A DNA stretch of 64,000 nucleotides, taken from Eubacteriales bacterium (GTDB taxonomy: Bacteria > Bacillota > Clostridia > Oscillospirales > CAG-272). The translations under genes and the position numbers were made by a program. Under the pieces are notes generated by a model. That model had not been told where the DNA came from, ran no database searches, and saw only the letters and a list, made by a program, of their open reading frames with translations. This document shows, piece after piece, positions 63,092 to 64,000 of this stretch (position 1 is the stretch's first letter; each line of letters begins with the position of its first letter). Location of the stretch: positions 5,454 through 69,453 of the forward strand of contig JAZSBL010000040.1 of assembly GCA_045602385.1 (NCBI GenBank). The letters run 5' to 3'.

Positions 63092-63301
63092 ATGAAGGAA
63101 GCTATTCAGCCCAAGTACGAGGAGTGCGTTATTAAGTGCGCATGCGGCGAGACCGTTGTAACAAAGTCCACTAAGGGAGGCGAGATCAGAGTTGAAGTTT
63201 GCTCTAAGTGCCACCCCTTCTTCACCGGCAAGCAGAAGTTTGTTGATGCAGGCGGACGTGTTGATAAGTTCAAGAAGAGACTTGAAGGACTCAACAAGTA
63301 A
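63092..63301 (+). CDS. rpmE: 50S ribosomal protein L31 (zinc-binding type A)
   Basis: MKEAIQPKY…CACGE…[10 protein letters not shown]. 69 aa. Confidence 0.95.
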   Translation: MKEAIQPKYEECVIKCACGETVVTKSTKGGEIRVEVCSKCHPFFTGKQKFVDAGGRVDKFKKRLEGLNK

Positions 63302-63345
63302 TTTAAGGTCAGTTGCATAATTGGGCGATTTCGCCCCAAGCGTTT

Positions 63346-63382
63346 AAAGAGATCGCACTCCGCTGCGGTCTCTTTTGCTTTT
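63346..63382 (+). terminator. Terminator after rpmE
   Basis: 11-bp stem AAAGAGATCGC / GCGGTCTCTTT followed by TGCTTTTT. Confidence 0.7.
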
Positions 63383-63443
63383 TACATCACGGATATAAAT
63401 TGAATTTTTGTCCGACACTAATCTAAAAAGTGAGGTGTTATTT

Positions 63444-64000
63444 ATGGAAATTAAAAAAGAAGAAATAAGATCCAAGGCAATACTCGTCGGTATCGTTATG
63501 GACGGCAACACCGAGGAGGTCGAGATCTCTCTCGGCGAGCTTGAACGATTGCTTGACACCGCCGGCGGCGAGGTCTTTGCTACCGTAATTCAGAACAAAA
63601 GCACCCCCGACCCCAGAACTCTTATAGGCAAGGGAAAGGTTCAGGAGATCTCAGAGCTTTGCGAGAACAACGGTGTAAAGCTGGTTATTTTCGACGAGGA
63701 GCTTTCCCCTGCGCAGATAAGAAATCTCGAGGACGACATCGGCAACGAGGTGACGGTTATCGACCGTTCTATGCTCATTCTTGATATTTTCGCGCTCCAC
63801 GCGACGAGCGGAGAGGGAAAATTGCAGGTCGAATTGGCGCAGCTGAAATACACCGTGCCAAGACTTATCGGTAAGGGTGCCGAGCTTTCCCGTCTCGGCG
63901 GTGGTATCGGTACGCGAGGACCCGGTGAATCAAAGCTTGAGAGCGACCGCAGACACATAAAGAGAAGAATAACCGCCCTTGAGGAGGAGCTTGAAAAGCT
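63444..64000 (+). CDS. hflX: GTPase HflX, N-terminal part (continues beyond the window)
   Basis: Not in the ORF track because it has no stop in the window. MEIKKEEIRSKAILVGI…LIGKGKV.EI…VIFD.ELSP.Q.RNLE…DR..LIL.IFA.HA.S.EGKLQVELAQL.Y..PRL…GGGIGTRGPGE.KLE.DRR. Confidence 0.9.
   Translation, partial: MEIKKEEIRSKAILVGIVMDGNTEEVEISLGELERLLDTAGGEVFATVIQNKSTPDPRTLIGKGKVQEISELCENNGVKLVIFDEELSPAQIRNLEDDIGNEVTVIDRSMLILDIFALHATSGEGKLQVELAQLKYTVPRLIGKGAELSRLGGGIGTRGPGESKLESDRRHIKRRITALEEELEK

Overview
The window reads as a chromosomal, origin-proximal segment of a Clostridia-class Firmicute. Supporting signs are roughly half GC by eye, AGGAGG-type ribosome binding sites and many textbook sigma-A promoters. 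It is densely coding and mostly housekeeping. From left to right: an opp-type peptide ABC transporter operon on the minus strand (679-9357) in which nearly every component is enlarged; a DUF362/ferredoxin gene; a four-helix-bundle gene preceded by an unusual hairpin array; a tRNA-Met/tRNA-Glu operon with a duplicated tRNA-Glu 3' end; an ABC / ABC-2 permease / two GldG-like / 1009-aa anchored protein operon (12287-20518, minus); ahcY-mnmG-rsmG; four tandem parS sites; parA-parB-serS; a class I LysRS fused to a tRNA-binding domain; alr; split transketolase; a small AT-rich islet with two orphan genes (37.9-39.9 kb); GNAT, a YmdB-like gene and mnmE; an HPr-like gene; holA; a MATE pump; rpmH-rnpA-yidD-yidC-jag; sdaA; MarR; a long nested palindrome; an LRR lipoprotein; a Sel1-repeat protein; proB; a zapA-like gene; a U32 peptidase; an AraC/GyrI regulator; a three-gene peptidoglycan-binding module; rpmE; and the start of hflX. 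I saw no CRISPR array, transposase, integrase, rRNA or recognisable defence system. The items most worth a second look are: the structured non-coding DNA around the four-helix-bundle gene and tRNAs (11.5-11.9 kb); the related GC-rich palindrome at 51.1-51.4 kb; the AT-rich islet encoding a secreted H-x3-C-x2-C-G-Y repeat protein; the very large insertion in the OppD-like ATPase; the LysRS fusion; and the parS cluster. All functional calls come from motif recognition by eye, and no database search was run.
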